Of a DNA stretch of 64,000 bases, positions 9,840 through 19,017 are shown piece by piece. Location: assembly GCA_040220235.1 (NCBI GenBank), contig JAVJTO010000053.1; one strand, 5' to 3'. Positions within the stretch are counted from its first letter, which is position 1; each line of letters begins with the position of its first letter. The position numbers were made by a program, and so were the translations under genes. Under the pieces are notes generated by a model that saw only the letters and a program-made list of their open reading frames with translations, did no database searches and was not told the origin of the DNA. Source of the stretch: Coleofasciculus sp. B1-GNL1-01 (lineage in GTDB: Bacteria > Cyanobacteriota > Cyanobacteriia > Cyanobacteriales > Coleofasciculaceae).

Positions 9840-10024
9840 TGTCCGTGCTATTCTGATTGTCTGCTACATCCTAGCCTGGGAGAGCCGAGGGGCGGAGGAA
9901 GCTGAGGGAGCAGGGGAAGCAGGGGAAGCAGGGGGAGTGGGCTGGGTAACGCTATAATCCGGCAATAGATTCGGTGAACGTCAAAGAATCCAGAACAGTT
10001 GGTGTGTGGTGAGGGTAAAACAAC

Positions 10025-11485
10025 GTGTCGAACAGTTCCCAAACTAGCTGGAGTTTTCAAGTCTCCCATCCAGAAAGTTATCCGCGATCGCAGGGCGACT
10101 CTGATGTCGCTGAAAATGATACTGGGGATTCCCCGCCTCCCCCACCGCCAGAGGGTGATGGCGGAGAGTCCCATTCCGATGATCATTCAAATAAATCCAG
10201 TGGTGGTCGCTATATGCGCTGGTTTCTCTGGAGTGCGGCGTTTATCTTAACCGCTACAGTATCGGCTACCTTGGGCGCAACGGTTGCCCTAATTACCCCT
10301 CTGTCCCCCTTAATCGTGCCGCAAAATTTTGTCCCTGGCGCGAAAGAAAATTCCTGGCGACAAGCGTTTCGCTATGATTTAGCCCGACCGGTCAACATCC
10401 TGGTCATGGGAATTGACCGCGTTTCCGATAATGACAAAAACTCCTCCGACGTTTTCAGTGGTCGCAGTGATACTATGCTGCTGTTACGCCTCGACCCAAC
10501 AGAAGAGTCCGTGACGATGCTTTCCATTCCTCGGGATACCCAAGTGGAACTTCCGGAAGTAGGACTTGCCAAAATCAATGATGCCAATGTTGAAGGGGGT
10601 GCAGCGTTAGCTGCACGGGTGGTAAGCCGTACTCTGAATGATGCACCCGTTGATCGCTATGTGCGGGTAACGACGGATGCGTTTCGGGAACTGGTAGACC
10701 TGGTGGGGGGAGTGGAGGTGTTTGTTCCCTATCCGATGCAGTATGAGGATGTCACCCAGGATTTGTACATTGATTTAGAACCGGGATGGCAAACCTTAAA
10801 TGGAGACCAAGCCGAACAGTTTGCTCGATTTCGTAAAGACGGCTACGGCGACATTGGTCGAGTTCAGCGCCAACAAACGCTACTCAAGGCGCTGCGTCAA
10901 CGGTTGCTCAGTCCCAAGGTGCTACCGCGTTTACCCCAAATTATTCGGGTGATGCAGCAATATATTGATACGAATCTGAGCTTAGAAGAAATGCTGGCAC
11001 TGGTAGGCTTTGGCTTAGATTTAGACAAAGACGATTTTCAGATGGTACTCTTGCCCGGTCGCTTCAGTGATCCAGAGGAATATGTTGCCAGCTATTGGAT
11101 TATGGATTCTGCCGGACGCGATCGCGTTATGCAACAATACTTTCAGCAAACCCTTGACTGGAGTTCATCGGAGATTCGTCGTTCTCCCCAACGGTTGCGA
11201 ATTGCGATTCAAAATGCCACAGATGACCCGCAATTAGCTCACGAAGTTGCTCGATATTTGGCAAAAAACGACTTCTATAATGTCTACATCATACGGGATT
11301 GGCCCGATCAGGTACGCGAAACTCAGATTATTGTGCAACAAGGCGATTTGAAAGCAGCAACCACATTAAAAAGGGTTTTGCAACTCGGTCACGTCGAAGC
11401 CTCTTCCACAGGCGATATTGAATCCGATTTAACCATTCGTGTGGGTGAGGATTGGTTGATTCGACACCCAGAAGAGGAGGAATAA
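10025..11485 (+). CDS. LCP (LytR-CpsA-Psr) family protein with LytR C-terminal domain
   Basis: NILVMGID, GRSDTMLL, LSIPRDT, KINDAN, ARFR..GDIGRVQRQQ; N-terminal TM segment. Confidence 0.92.
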   Translation: MSNSSQTSWSFQVSHPESYPRSQGDSDVAENDTGDSPPPPPPEGDGGESHSDDHSNKSSGGRYMRWFLWSAAFILTATVSATLGATVALITPLSPLIVPQNFVPGAKENSWRQAFRYDLARPVNILVMGIDRVSDNDKNSSDVFSGRSDTMLLLRLDPTEESVTMLSIPRDTQVELPEVGLAKINDANVEGGAALAARVVSRTLNDAPVDRYVRVTTDAFRELVDLVGGVEVFVPYPMQYEDVTQDLYIDLEPGWQTLNGDQAEQFARFRKDGYGDIGRVQRQQTLLKALRQRLLSPKVLPRLPQIIRVMQQYIDTNLSLEEMLALVGFGLDLDKDDFQMVLLPGRFSDPEEYVASYWIMDSAGRDRVMQQYFQQTLDWSSSEIRRSPQRLRIAIQNATDDPQLAHEVARYLAKNDFYNVYIIRDWPDQVRETQIIVQQGDLKAATTLKRVLQLGHVEASSTGDIESDLTIRVGEDWLIRHPEEEE

Positions 11486-11495
11486 TGCTGAGGGA

Positions 11496-11640
11496 GTTAT
11501 CAGTTATCAGTGAGCAGTTATCAGTTATCAGGAGTAGGAGGAGATGGGGGAGATGGGGAAGATGGGGGAGCAAATGACGAAGGACGAAGGACGAAGGACG
11601 AAGGACGAAGGACAAATGACCAATGACAAATAACAAATGA
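11496..11640. repeat. Mixed STRR arrays: (cagttat)n, a 9-mer, (gacgaag)n and (tgacaaa)n
   Basis: Tandem copies fill the intergenic gap and run into the next ATG. Confidence 0.9.
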
Positions 11641-12257
11641 ATTGCCGACTTAACCAACAAATTCAATTCATTGTTGAAATTGACAAACTCAAGGGAATTC
11701 TTCGCCAAACCCGATTAACTGATGATTCTCGCCAGGAAAACAGCGCCGAACATTCTTGGCATTTGGCATTGATGGCGATTATTCTGGCGGAGTATGCACC
11801 TCCCCAGGTTGACCTGGGACGAGCGATAACGATGGTGCTGCTGCATGATTTAGTGGAAATTGATGCAGGAGACACGTTTTGCTATGACGTACAGGGAAAT
11901 CAGGATAAAGCGGTTCGGGAAGAAAAAGCCGCTACCCGGATTTTTGGCATGTTACCCGAAGACCAAGGGCAATCGTTGCGGGAAATCTGGGATGAATTTG
12001 AAGCCGTTGCTACGCCGACAGCCCGATTTGCCGTCGCTCTAGACCGTTTGCAACCCCTGCTGCTAAATCAACAGAATCATGGCGGAACCTGGCAGGTTCA
12101 TGGTATTACTGAACGCCAAGTGATGCAACGTATGGCACCTGTGCAAGAGGGTACACCTCAGCTTTGGGAATTGGTTGAGCAAATTGTGGCGGACTGTATT
12201 AAAGCGGGTTATTTACAAAATGCGCGATCACTCTCCACTGAGAGTCAAGTAGACTAG
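11637..12257 (+). CDS. HD-domain phosphohydrolase (HDDC2/YfbR-like)
   Basis: ENSAEHSWH, LLHDLVEIDAGD, ALDRLQP. Confidence 0.92.
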   Translation: MNCRLNQQIQFIVEIDKLKGILRQTRLTDDSRQENSAEHSWHLALMAIILAEYAPPQVDLGRAITMVLLHDLVEIDAGDTFCYDVQGNQDKAVREEKAATRIFGMLPEDQGQSLREIWDEFEAVATPTARFAVALDRLQPLLLNQQNHGGTWQVHGITERQVMQRMAPVQEGTPQLWELVEQIVADCIKAGYLQNARSLSTESQVD

Positions 12258-12367
12258 ATCATAAGACATCCTCCGTCGCAGGAAACTCCGTGTCCCTTCG
12301 CTTCGCTCGAGGGCAAGCTTTAGACCGGAGAGGAACGCGCGGTAGCGACTTGAGTCGCCTACTGCCC

Positions 12368-12470
12368 TTAAGTATGGTGAGGGTCATTGATGTATCTCTG
12401 AATGTTTTCAGCACGCTCCGTTGCCTGCAGTTGAGAAAAAATGGCTATTTGTCCACAAAGAAGGAAGGTT
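12368..12470 (-). pseudogene. tnpA: C-terminal remnant of Y1 transposase TnpA, frameshifted
   Basis: Minus strand reads NLPSLWTNSHFFSTAGN, then after a frameshift AENIQRYINDPHHT*, matching the LW..S.F.STAG...I.RYI pattern of IS200 TnpA. Confidence 0.8.
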
Positions 12471-13796
12471 ATGGCTAAGAACAAAAAGCCTAGGGGTGTA
12501 CAGCAAATGCGACTACATCCTGACGAAGAAACGAAAGCAATTTTGGAGTATCTATGTGAACAATCAGGAAAACTCTATAATATGGGTGTGTATTTTGCCC
12601 GTCAAACATTTTTTAAGGCAGGCAAACTCCTAACTGGAAAGTTTGACTTGATTTACTCCGAAGGTGTAGGAAAGAGTCAAATCGCCCAGTCTCTACCCTC
12701 AACACCAGCACAGCAAACACTATTAAGTGTCGCTGAAGTGTTTAAATCCTACAAAGGGTTACGTAAGCTTTGGCTTAAAGGGCAATTGCCGAATAAACCC
12801 AAGCCACCCGGCTATCTGAAAGGGTCAAAACTATTCAAGGTAGCTTATCCCAATTCAGGGGGACAGAAGCCTAAGCTAGTTGATTGTCAACTTCAGTTTT
12901 CCCTGGGTTTAACCGTTAGGCGTTGGTTTGGGATTGACAGCTTTAAGTTACCTGCTCCAACCAATCTTGATATCAACAAGGTCAAGGAATGGACTATTTT
13001 GCCTAAAAACGGTGTATTCTACCTGGAAGCTTCCTACAAACTACCCAAACAGGAAACATTCGTAGGTATTGATGACCAAGCATTAGCAATTGACTTAGGT
13101 ACGGCAGACAATCTGGCTGCCTGTGTTGACACCCTGGGTAACTCTTTTCTGATTGATGCCCGTGTCATGAAAGCATTTAATCAGTATTGGAATAAACAGG
13201 TTTCGACCAGGAAAGAGAAAAAGCCACAAGGGTACTGGGATGGATGGCTTGAGCGAGTGACCCGCAAGCGTAATCACCGGATGAGGGACGGTATTAACAA
13301 GGCGGCTCGATTGATTATCAATCACTGCCTAAAATATGGCATAAGCACAATTGTTTTGGGATGGAACGAAGGGTTTAAGGATAATGCCAATATGGGTAGG
13401 TTGAACAATCAGAAATTTGTTCAAATACCCCTGGGTAAACTTAAAGACCGATTGCAGCAATTGTGTGAGATTTACGGTATTCAGATGGTAGTCACTGAAG
13501 AAGCCTACACCAGCAAAGCCAGCTATCTTGATGGAGACTCCCTGCCTAAGTTTGGCGAAAAACCAGACGGGTGGAAAGCATCAGGAAGACGAATAAAGCG
13601 TGGTTTGTATCGCAGCAGCGATAGCTCAATTGTCAATGCCGATTTAAACGGCAGTGCCAATATTTTAAGAAAAGTAGCCAGAAAGTTAGGAATTGACCTA
13701 ATCCGACTGGGTAGGCGGTGTTCGACGACCGTAGCGAGAGTAAGATTGTGGCCTTTACCACAGTCTAATCTGTCAGCAGAATCCCCGTCACTTTAG
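12471..13796 (+). CDS. tnpB: RNA-guided endonuclease TnpB
   Basis: SGKLYN, LAIDLG (RuvC-I), VLGWNEG, TEEAYTSK, NADLNG (RuvC-III); the stop codon lies in the right-end hairpin loop. Confidence 0.92.
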   Translation: MAKNKKPRGVQQMRLHPDEETKAILEYLCEQSGKLYNMGVYFARQTFFKAGKLLTGKFDLIYSEGVGKSQIAQSLPSTPAQQTLLSVAEVFKSYKGLRKLWLKGQLPNKPKPPGYLKGSKLFKVAYPNSGGQKPKLVDCQLQFSLGLTVRRWFGIDSFKLPAPTNLDINKVKEWTILPKNGVFYLEASYKLPKQETFVGIDDQALAIDLGTADNLAACVDTLGNSFLIDARVMKAFNQYWNKQVSTRKEKKPQGYWDGWLERVTRKRNHRMRDGINKAARLIINHCLKYGISTIVLGWNEGFKDNANMGRLNNQKFVQIPLGKLKDRLQQLCEIYGIQMVVTEEAYTSKASYLDGDSLPKFGEKPDGWKASGRRIKRGLYRSSDSSIVNADLNGSANILRKVARKLGIDLIRLGRRCSTTVARVRLWPLPQSNLSAESPSL

Positions 13797-13812
13797 TGCG
13801 GGGAGTGTCAAT

Positions 13813-14796
13813 ATGTCTATTGTTGTGGCTCAAAATCTGAGCAAAATCTACCCCGTAGCGGTCAAACAACCCGGTATTAAGGGTACTCTCACCCACTTTC
13901 TGCGCCGAAAGTACCGCTCTGTCGTTGCTGTACAAAATGTTTCCTTTGAAATTGGCATGGGGGAAGTGGTGGGATTTCTCGGTCCCAATGGTGCCGGTAA
14001 AACCACGACCTTGAAAATGCTCACCGGACTTGTTCACCCTTCAGGGGGTGAGGTTAAGGTGGTGGGTCATAAGCCATTTCAGCGCGAATCCAACTTTTTG
14101 CAGCAGATTACCCTAGTCATGGGTCAAAAGCAACAACTGCTTTGGGACTTACCCGCATTGGATTCCCTGAGAATCAATGCCGCCGTTTATGGAATTTCTC
14201 ACAACCAGTTTCAGCGTCGCGTCGGAGAACTGGCAGAAATGTTATCCTTAGAAGCCAAACTCACGCAACCCGTGCGGAAACTCTCCCTGGGAGAACGCAT
14301 GAAAGCTGAATTGTTGGCGGCGCTTTTGCATCAACCCCAAGTCTTATTTTTAGATGAACCGACGTTGGGATTGGATGTTAATGCACAATTAGCGGTGCGG
14401 AATTTCTTACGCGAGTACAACCAGCGCACGGGAGCCACTGTTTTATTAACCAGTCACTACATGGCAGATATTACAGCATTGTGTCAGCGAGTGCTGCTAA
14501 TTTATGAAGGGCAAATGATTTATGATGGCAGCTTGGAGGGACTCCTCAATCGCTTTGCTCCCTATCGGGAGGTGAAAGTAGAACTGGCTCAACCTTTGTC
14601 AAAAGAGGAGTTATCAGGTTATGCAGAAATAGAGGCAATCGATGGGTTAGCAGTACGTTTCCTCGTACAGCGTGAAAAGCTGACAAGTACCGTGGCTCGG
14701 ATTTTGGCGGATTTAGAGGTGATAGATTTAACGGTTAGTGACCCCCCCATCGAAGAAGTCATCGGTCGGGTTTTCCGAGCCGGAGTTGTTTCGTGA
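13813..14796 (+). CDS. ABC-2 type transporter ATP-binding protein
   Basis: GPNGAGKTT, LSLGERMK, LFLDEPT, TSH. Confidence 0.95.
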   Translation: MSIVVAQNLSKIYPVAVKQPGIKGTLTHFLRRKYRSVVAVQNVSFEIGMGEVVGFLGPNGAGKTTTLKMLTGLVHPSGGEVKVVGHKPFQRESNFLQQITLVMGQKQQLLWDLPALDSLRINAAVYGISHNQFQRRVGELAEMLSLEAKLTQPVRKLSLGERMKAELLAALLHQPQVLFLDEPTLGLDVNAQLAVRNFLREYNQRTGATVLLTSHYMADITALCQRVLLIYEGQMIYDGSLEGLLNRFAPYREVKVELAQPLSKEELSGYAEIEAIDGLAVRFLVQREKLTSTVARILADLEVIDLTVSDPPIEEVIGRVFRAGVVS

Positions 14797-14800
14797 TTTT

Positions 14801-14927
14801 TGGTCATTGGTCATTTGTCATTTGTCATTGGTCATTTGTCATTTGTCCAGAAATTAATCATTTGGACAGGGCGGGTTTAGTGACATTAGCGTGAGCAAAA
14901 AACGATAGTAGTGAAACCCGCCCCTAC
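14801..14927. repeat. STRR array (tcattgg/tcatttg) plus a REP doublet at 14867-14927
   Basis: Tandem heptamers, then cagggcgggttt...aaacccgcccctac. Confidence 0.85.
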
Positions 14928-15010
14928 ATAGAAAACTTTTTTCTAGTCATTAATTATTTACCTTCCCCATCTCCTCCACCACAATACTGATTCAGCAGCG
15001 TCTAATTACT

Positions 15011-15799
15011 ATGAAGCGATTAATTAATACCAGTAAGATATTTCTGTCTGTTTACTATGCTCACATGTTGGAATACCGGGCAGAACTTTTTTTTTGGATA
15101 CTTTCCAATAGCTTGCCGCTGATTCTTATGGGGGTTTGGATGCAGGCATCTCAAGCCGGGGAGTTTGAACTAACTCCTGAAGAATTTATGCGTTACTTCC
15201 TATCCGTTTTTATCGTTCGCCAGTTTACTGTGGTGTGGATGATTTTTGATTTTGAAAGGGAAGTGGTAGAGGGCAGACTATCTCCTAAACTCCTGCAACC
15301 CATTGATCCTGTATGGCATCATGTTGCAGGTCATTTATCTGAACGCTTTGTTCGCCTACCTTTATCGGTTGTACTTTTAGGTTTATTCTTTCTCCTCTAT
15401 CCCCCAGCATTTTGGTTACCTGGTTTGGGTGATATACTATTATTTATATTCATCACAGCCATGGCATTTGCCCTACGATTTTTAATCCAATATACCTTTG
15501 CCTTATTTGCATTTTGGACAGAGCGAGCCACTTCACTAGAACAATTTTGGTATTTATTCTATTTGTTTCTGTCAGGAATGATGGCACCATTGGAAGTCTT
15601 TCCTCCTACAGTCCGAGCCGTTGCCGAATGGACACCTTTCCCTTACTTGGCTCATTTTCCCGCCGCGTTGTTAGTTGGGCTACCTGTTAATTTTATCCAA
15701 GGAATTTTGGTTATGGTGGGTTGGGGATTGTTATTTTTTGGCGTCAATCGCTGGTTGTGGCGCAAGGGATTGAAGCAGTATTCGGGAATGGGAGCGTGA
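15011..15799 (+). CDS. ABC-2 family permease
   Basis: Multi-TM protein; MLEYRAE, EGRLSPKLLQP, LSGMMAPL; follows the ATPase. Confidence 0.9.
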   Translation: MKRLINTSKIFLSVYYAHMLEYRAELFFWILSNSLPLILMGVWMQASQAGEFELTPEEFMRYFLSVFIVRQFTVVWMIFDFEREVVEGRLSPKLLQPIDPVWHHVAGHLSERFVRLPLSVVLLGLFFLLYPPAFWLPGLGDILLFIFITAMAFALRFLIQYTFALFAFWTERATSLEQFWYLFYLFLSGMMAPLEVFPPTVRAVAEWTPFPYLAHFPAALLVGLPVNFIQGILVMVGWGLLFFGVNRWLWRKGLKQYSGMGA

Positions 15800-15837
15800 G
15801 ATGGGCGGAGGTGCAGGGGTGCTGGGAGCCTGGGGAA

Positions 15838-16002
15838 GTAGAGACGTGCCATGGCACGTCTGGAAGATGAGGGTGGGTTGAGTAACATTAGGGTGACAAT
15901 AAACGATAATAACCAAACCCGCCCCCTACACATCGGTCAGGGCGGGTTTTGAACAAACCTTATTATCCACAGCTAAAAGAAAGTTCCTCAACCCGCCCCT
16001 AC
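15838..16002. repeat. REP hairpin (gtagagacgtgccatggcacgtct) plus two REP doublets
   Basis: Palindromes matching other copies in the window. Confidence 0.85.
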
Positions 16003-16049
16003 AAATCATTTGCCCTGAGCCAAGTTAAGGGTTCCCTAATCTCTAATCA

Positions 16050-16355
16050 CTATTTTTGATCAAATTTGGCAACAGCATTTTGGAAGGATTGCTGTAAATC
16101 CAGCCAAGCGGTTTCTACTCCAGTTTTGATATCTTCCCAAGCATCTTGACTAGCCGCCTGGAGTTCTTCCAGTTTCTTTTGTACGGCAACCTGTTTGGTT
16201 TGCAATTCCTCAATCTGGCTATTGTACTGAATCTTAGCATCAGCCTGGGCTTGGGCTGCCTTGGCTTTCATTTCGTCAACCTGAGCATTCAGCTTGTTTA
16301 ACTCAGCTTGCACTTTTTCTCGGTATACCTGTTGCTGTTCTGGTTGGGTAGCCAT
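16050..16355 (-). CDS. Small coiled-coil protein (putative stress protein)
   Basis: AQADAKIQY...ASQDAWEDIKTG.E.AW.DL motif; GAGG RBS. Confidence 0.85.
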   Translation of the reverse strand: MATQPEQQQVYREKVQAELNKLNAQVDEMKAKAAQAQADAKIQYNSQIEELQTKQVAVQKKLEELQAASQDAWEDIKTGVETAWLDLQQSFQNAVAKFDQK

Positions 16356-16617
16356 AAGAATACCTCATTAACGTCAAAAATTTGCCTCAAAAAGGCTGGG
16401 TACGCCTCAAAAAGGCTGGATACAACCATAAATGTTTAATTCCTTACTCATTATAGAGTGACTTGTCGAGTTCATGCATCTATCTCTTGAATGATATAAT
16501 CCAATTCTGTCTTCTATCTAGCGAGATAACTAATTTGTTGTAGCGTCTGATACGCTCAGTTGCAATAGGGGTAACCTACTTGCCCCGATTTGTTTGCAGT
16601 GACTATCCAACGGGAAA

Positions 16618-18048
16618 ATGGCAGAACAAGCTCTAACGCAGGATACCTATGCCGATTCCTACAAACACCGGGGTCGCAATTGGTGGAATAAGCTCACCGC
16701 CTTAATTGCATGGGCAAATATCCTGCTGGCATTATTCAATCTCAGCTATATTCCATTGCGGGATGTTTATGTGCGAGAATTTCCCGCGATCGCAACATTC
16801 TATGATCCGGTCAAAAGTATTGAGCCTCATCCGGATACCCAACGTTATCTCCAAACCGTTGATGCTTTAACCGTACAACTCTCCCAGCAAGGACTACAAG
16901 CACCGCCAACCGAGCAAGTCTTGCAAGAGTTGCGCCAACAAAGTAATGACCTGATTGAAGAGAATCCATTTTTGGCAGCCAATAAGTTTGGCACATTCGC
17001 TAAATTGAAGCGGCGGATGCGGGATCATTTGAATACGGAATCAGCCAAGCAAGCCTTTGCGCGATTTTGGCGACAGGAGTATCTGGTGCAAGTGGGTTGG
17101 GACAACGCCCTCTCATTCTTTAACAGCGATATTCGACCGCTACTGAATAGTAATTATTTTCGACCCACCGACGAAAATGGTCAACTCGTGGATAACTTCT
17201 GGCGTATTGACCTTTATTTTATTGCCTTTTTTGGGATTGAGCTTTTATTCCGTACCTTCTTCATGTCTCGACGCCAAGAGAAGTTGACATGGGGAGATGC
17301 CCTCTGGCGGCGCTGGTACGACATGCTGCTGCTGCTTCCCACCTGGCGCTGGTTACGGATTATTCCGGTATCTGTGCGATCGCATCAATCGGGATTGTTC
17401 AATATGGAGCGAATTTTAGCACAAGTCACCCATGAACCAGCAGCATATTTGGCAGATCGGGTATCCATGTTTTTAATGGTGCGACTGATTAATCAAACCA
17501 AAGATTCTGTTGATAAAGGAGATATGGCGCGTGCCATCTTGCAACCTGAGACGTATGTTCAAGTTAGCGATATTAATAAAGTCGATGCCATCACCGATCG
17601 CCTCTTAGAACTCTCTATTTATAAAGTTTTACCCCAAGTTCAACCCGATTTACAGGCATTATTGCATCATAGTCTCAAAGGAGCGCTACAACAGTCAGAT
17701 TTTTACACCGGATTGCGACAAGTTCCGGGAATGAAAGGGTTGCCCAAAGAGGTTATGGAAAACCTTGCCAATTATTTAGCCCAAGCCACTTATGAAGTCT
17801 TAGCCACCTCCTACTCTGATCTGCAAGGGCGACAACTATTTGACCAACTGAGTCACAATTTTAAGCATGTCCTGCGGGAAGAACTACAGGATGAGGCAAC
17901 CCAGTTAGAACTTCAGTCGTTGCTGTCTGACTTGTTAGAAGAATTGAAAATTAATTATGTGCAGCGTTCAACTGATGAAGATCCGGAAGCCACTTTAGAA
18001 GAAGCCGATCAACTGCGTCAAGAGATGGAAACTCCCCCAACTCAGTAG
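16618..18048 (+). CDS. Hypothetical membrane protein with voltage-sensor-like helices
   Basis: 476-aa ORF; IDLYFIAFFGIELLFR, WYDMLLLLP, WRWLRIIPVSVR; long helical C-terminus. Confidence 0.85.
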   Translation: MAEQALTQDTYADSYKHRGRNWWNKLTALIAWANILLALFNLSYIPLRDVYVREFPAIATFYDPVKSIEPHPDTQRYLQTVDALTVQLSQQGLQAPPTEQVLQELRQQSNDLIEENPFLAANKFGTFAKLKRRMRDHLNTESAKQAFARFWRQEYLVQVGWDNALSFFNSDIRPLLNSNYFRPTDENGQLVDNFWRIDLYFIAFFGIELLFRTFFMSRRQEKLTWGDALWRRWYDMLLLLPTWRWLRIIPVSVRSHQSGLFNMERILAQVTHEPAAYLADRVSMFLMVRLINQTKDSVDKGDMARAILQPETYVQVSDINKVDAITDRLLELSIYKVLPQVQPDLQALLHHSLKGALQQSDFYTGLRQVPGMKGLPKEVMENLANYLAQATYEVLATSYSDLQGRQLFDQLSHNFKHVLREELQDEATQLELQSLLSDLLEELKINYVQRSTDEDPEATLEEADQLRQEMETPPTQ

Positions 18049-18145
18049 TTCTCCATGAGTGATGAAATTGCCCTCAATATCGTGGACAATCAACGATAAG
18101 CGACGATTTCAGTGTTAAGTTTTATAGAGTAGAAACGCGATCGCA

Positions 18146-18817
18146 ATGGATTATCCTGATATTGATATTGCTCCTCTGATTGATCATGCCCTCCTCTCGC
18201 CCACGGCGACACCCGAACAGGTAGAAAAATGTTGTCGTCAGGCAGATCGATTTCGGTTTGCCACAGTCTGTGTCTATCCAGTCTATGTCAAACTGGCGGC
18301 GGAACTCTTACATAACAAAGCTCCCAACGTCTGTACCGTGATTGGCTTTCCCACTGGCGCTACTACAACTGCGGCTAAACTCTACGAAGCCCAAGAAGCG
18401 GTAGAAAATGGCGCGACTGAATTGGATGTCGTGCTTCATTTAGGGGCATTAAAAACGGGGAACACTGATGCTATCTATCGCGAAATTGCCCAAATCTGCG
18501 AGGAAACCGGGCAAACCGTCAAAGTTATCTTGGAAACAACGCTTTTAACTGACACTGAAAAACAACTCGCCGCCGAAATTTGCATTGATGCTGGAGCGCA
18601 ATTTCTCAAAACCAGTACAGGTTGGCATGGAGGTGCAACGGTGTCAGATGTCAAATTCTTGAAAGACTTGACAAAAGGACAAATCGGAATTAAAGCTTCA
18701 GGAGGTATCCGCACCATCGAACAAGCGTTAGATTTAGTCATAGCCGGAGCAACCCGACTAGGAACCTCTCGTGGACCAGAGTTGTTGCAACAGCGTGAGG
18801 AAAAAGATGAAGAATGA
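18146..18817 (+). CDS. deoC: Deoxyribose-phosphate aldolase
   Basis: IDHALL, VIGFPTG, ELDVV, KVILET, FLKTSTG, KASGGIR, RLGTS. Confidence 0.97.
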   Translation: MDYPDIDIAPLIDHALLSPTATPEQVEKCCRQADRFRFATVCVYPVYVKLAAELLHNKAPNVCTVIGFPTGATTTAAKLYEAQEAVENGATELDVVLHLGALKTGNTDAIYREIAQICEETGQTVKVILETTLLTDTEKQLAAEICIDAGAQFLKTSTGWHGGATVSDVKFLKDLTKGQIGIKASGGIRTIEQALDLVIAGATRLGTSRGPELLQQREEKDEE

Positions 18818-18830
18818 AAAGGTACAGTCT

Positions 18831-19017
18831 GTAGGGGCGGGTTTAGGGATTAATATTGATTGTTGTTATCAACGTTTCTACAAAACCCGCCCTGACCGAG
18901 GTGTAGGGGGGATTTGACGACTAACATTTTTTGCCACCCAGATGTGACTAAACCCACCCTGACCAATAAACCATGAACTATGAACCATGAACCATGAACA
19001 ATAAACCATGAACCATG
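18831..19017. repeat. Two REP doublets plus an (accatga)n array ending at the recO ATG
   Basis: gtaggggcgggttt...aaacccgccctgac, a degenerate second copy, then heptamers. Confidence 0.85.

Larger units (their letters stand above)
12263..13811 (+). mobile_element. Non-autonomous IS200/IS605-family element
   Basis: Left hairpin GAAA-CTCCG...CGGAG; right end GAAT-CCCCG..TTTA..CGGGG-AGTG-TCAA (IS608-type right end); carries tnpB and a tnpA stub. The left boundary after TCAT is inferred from guide-pairing rules. Confidence 0.85.
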
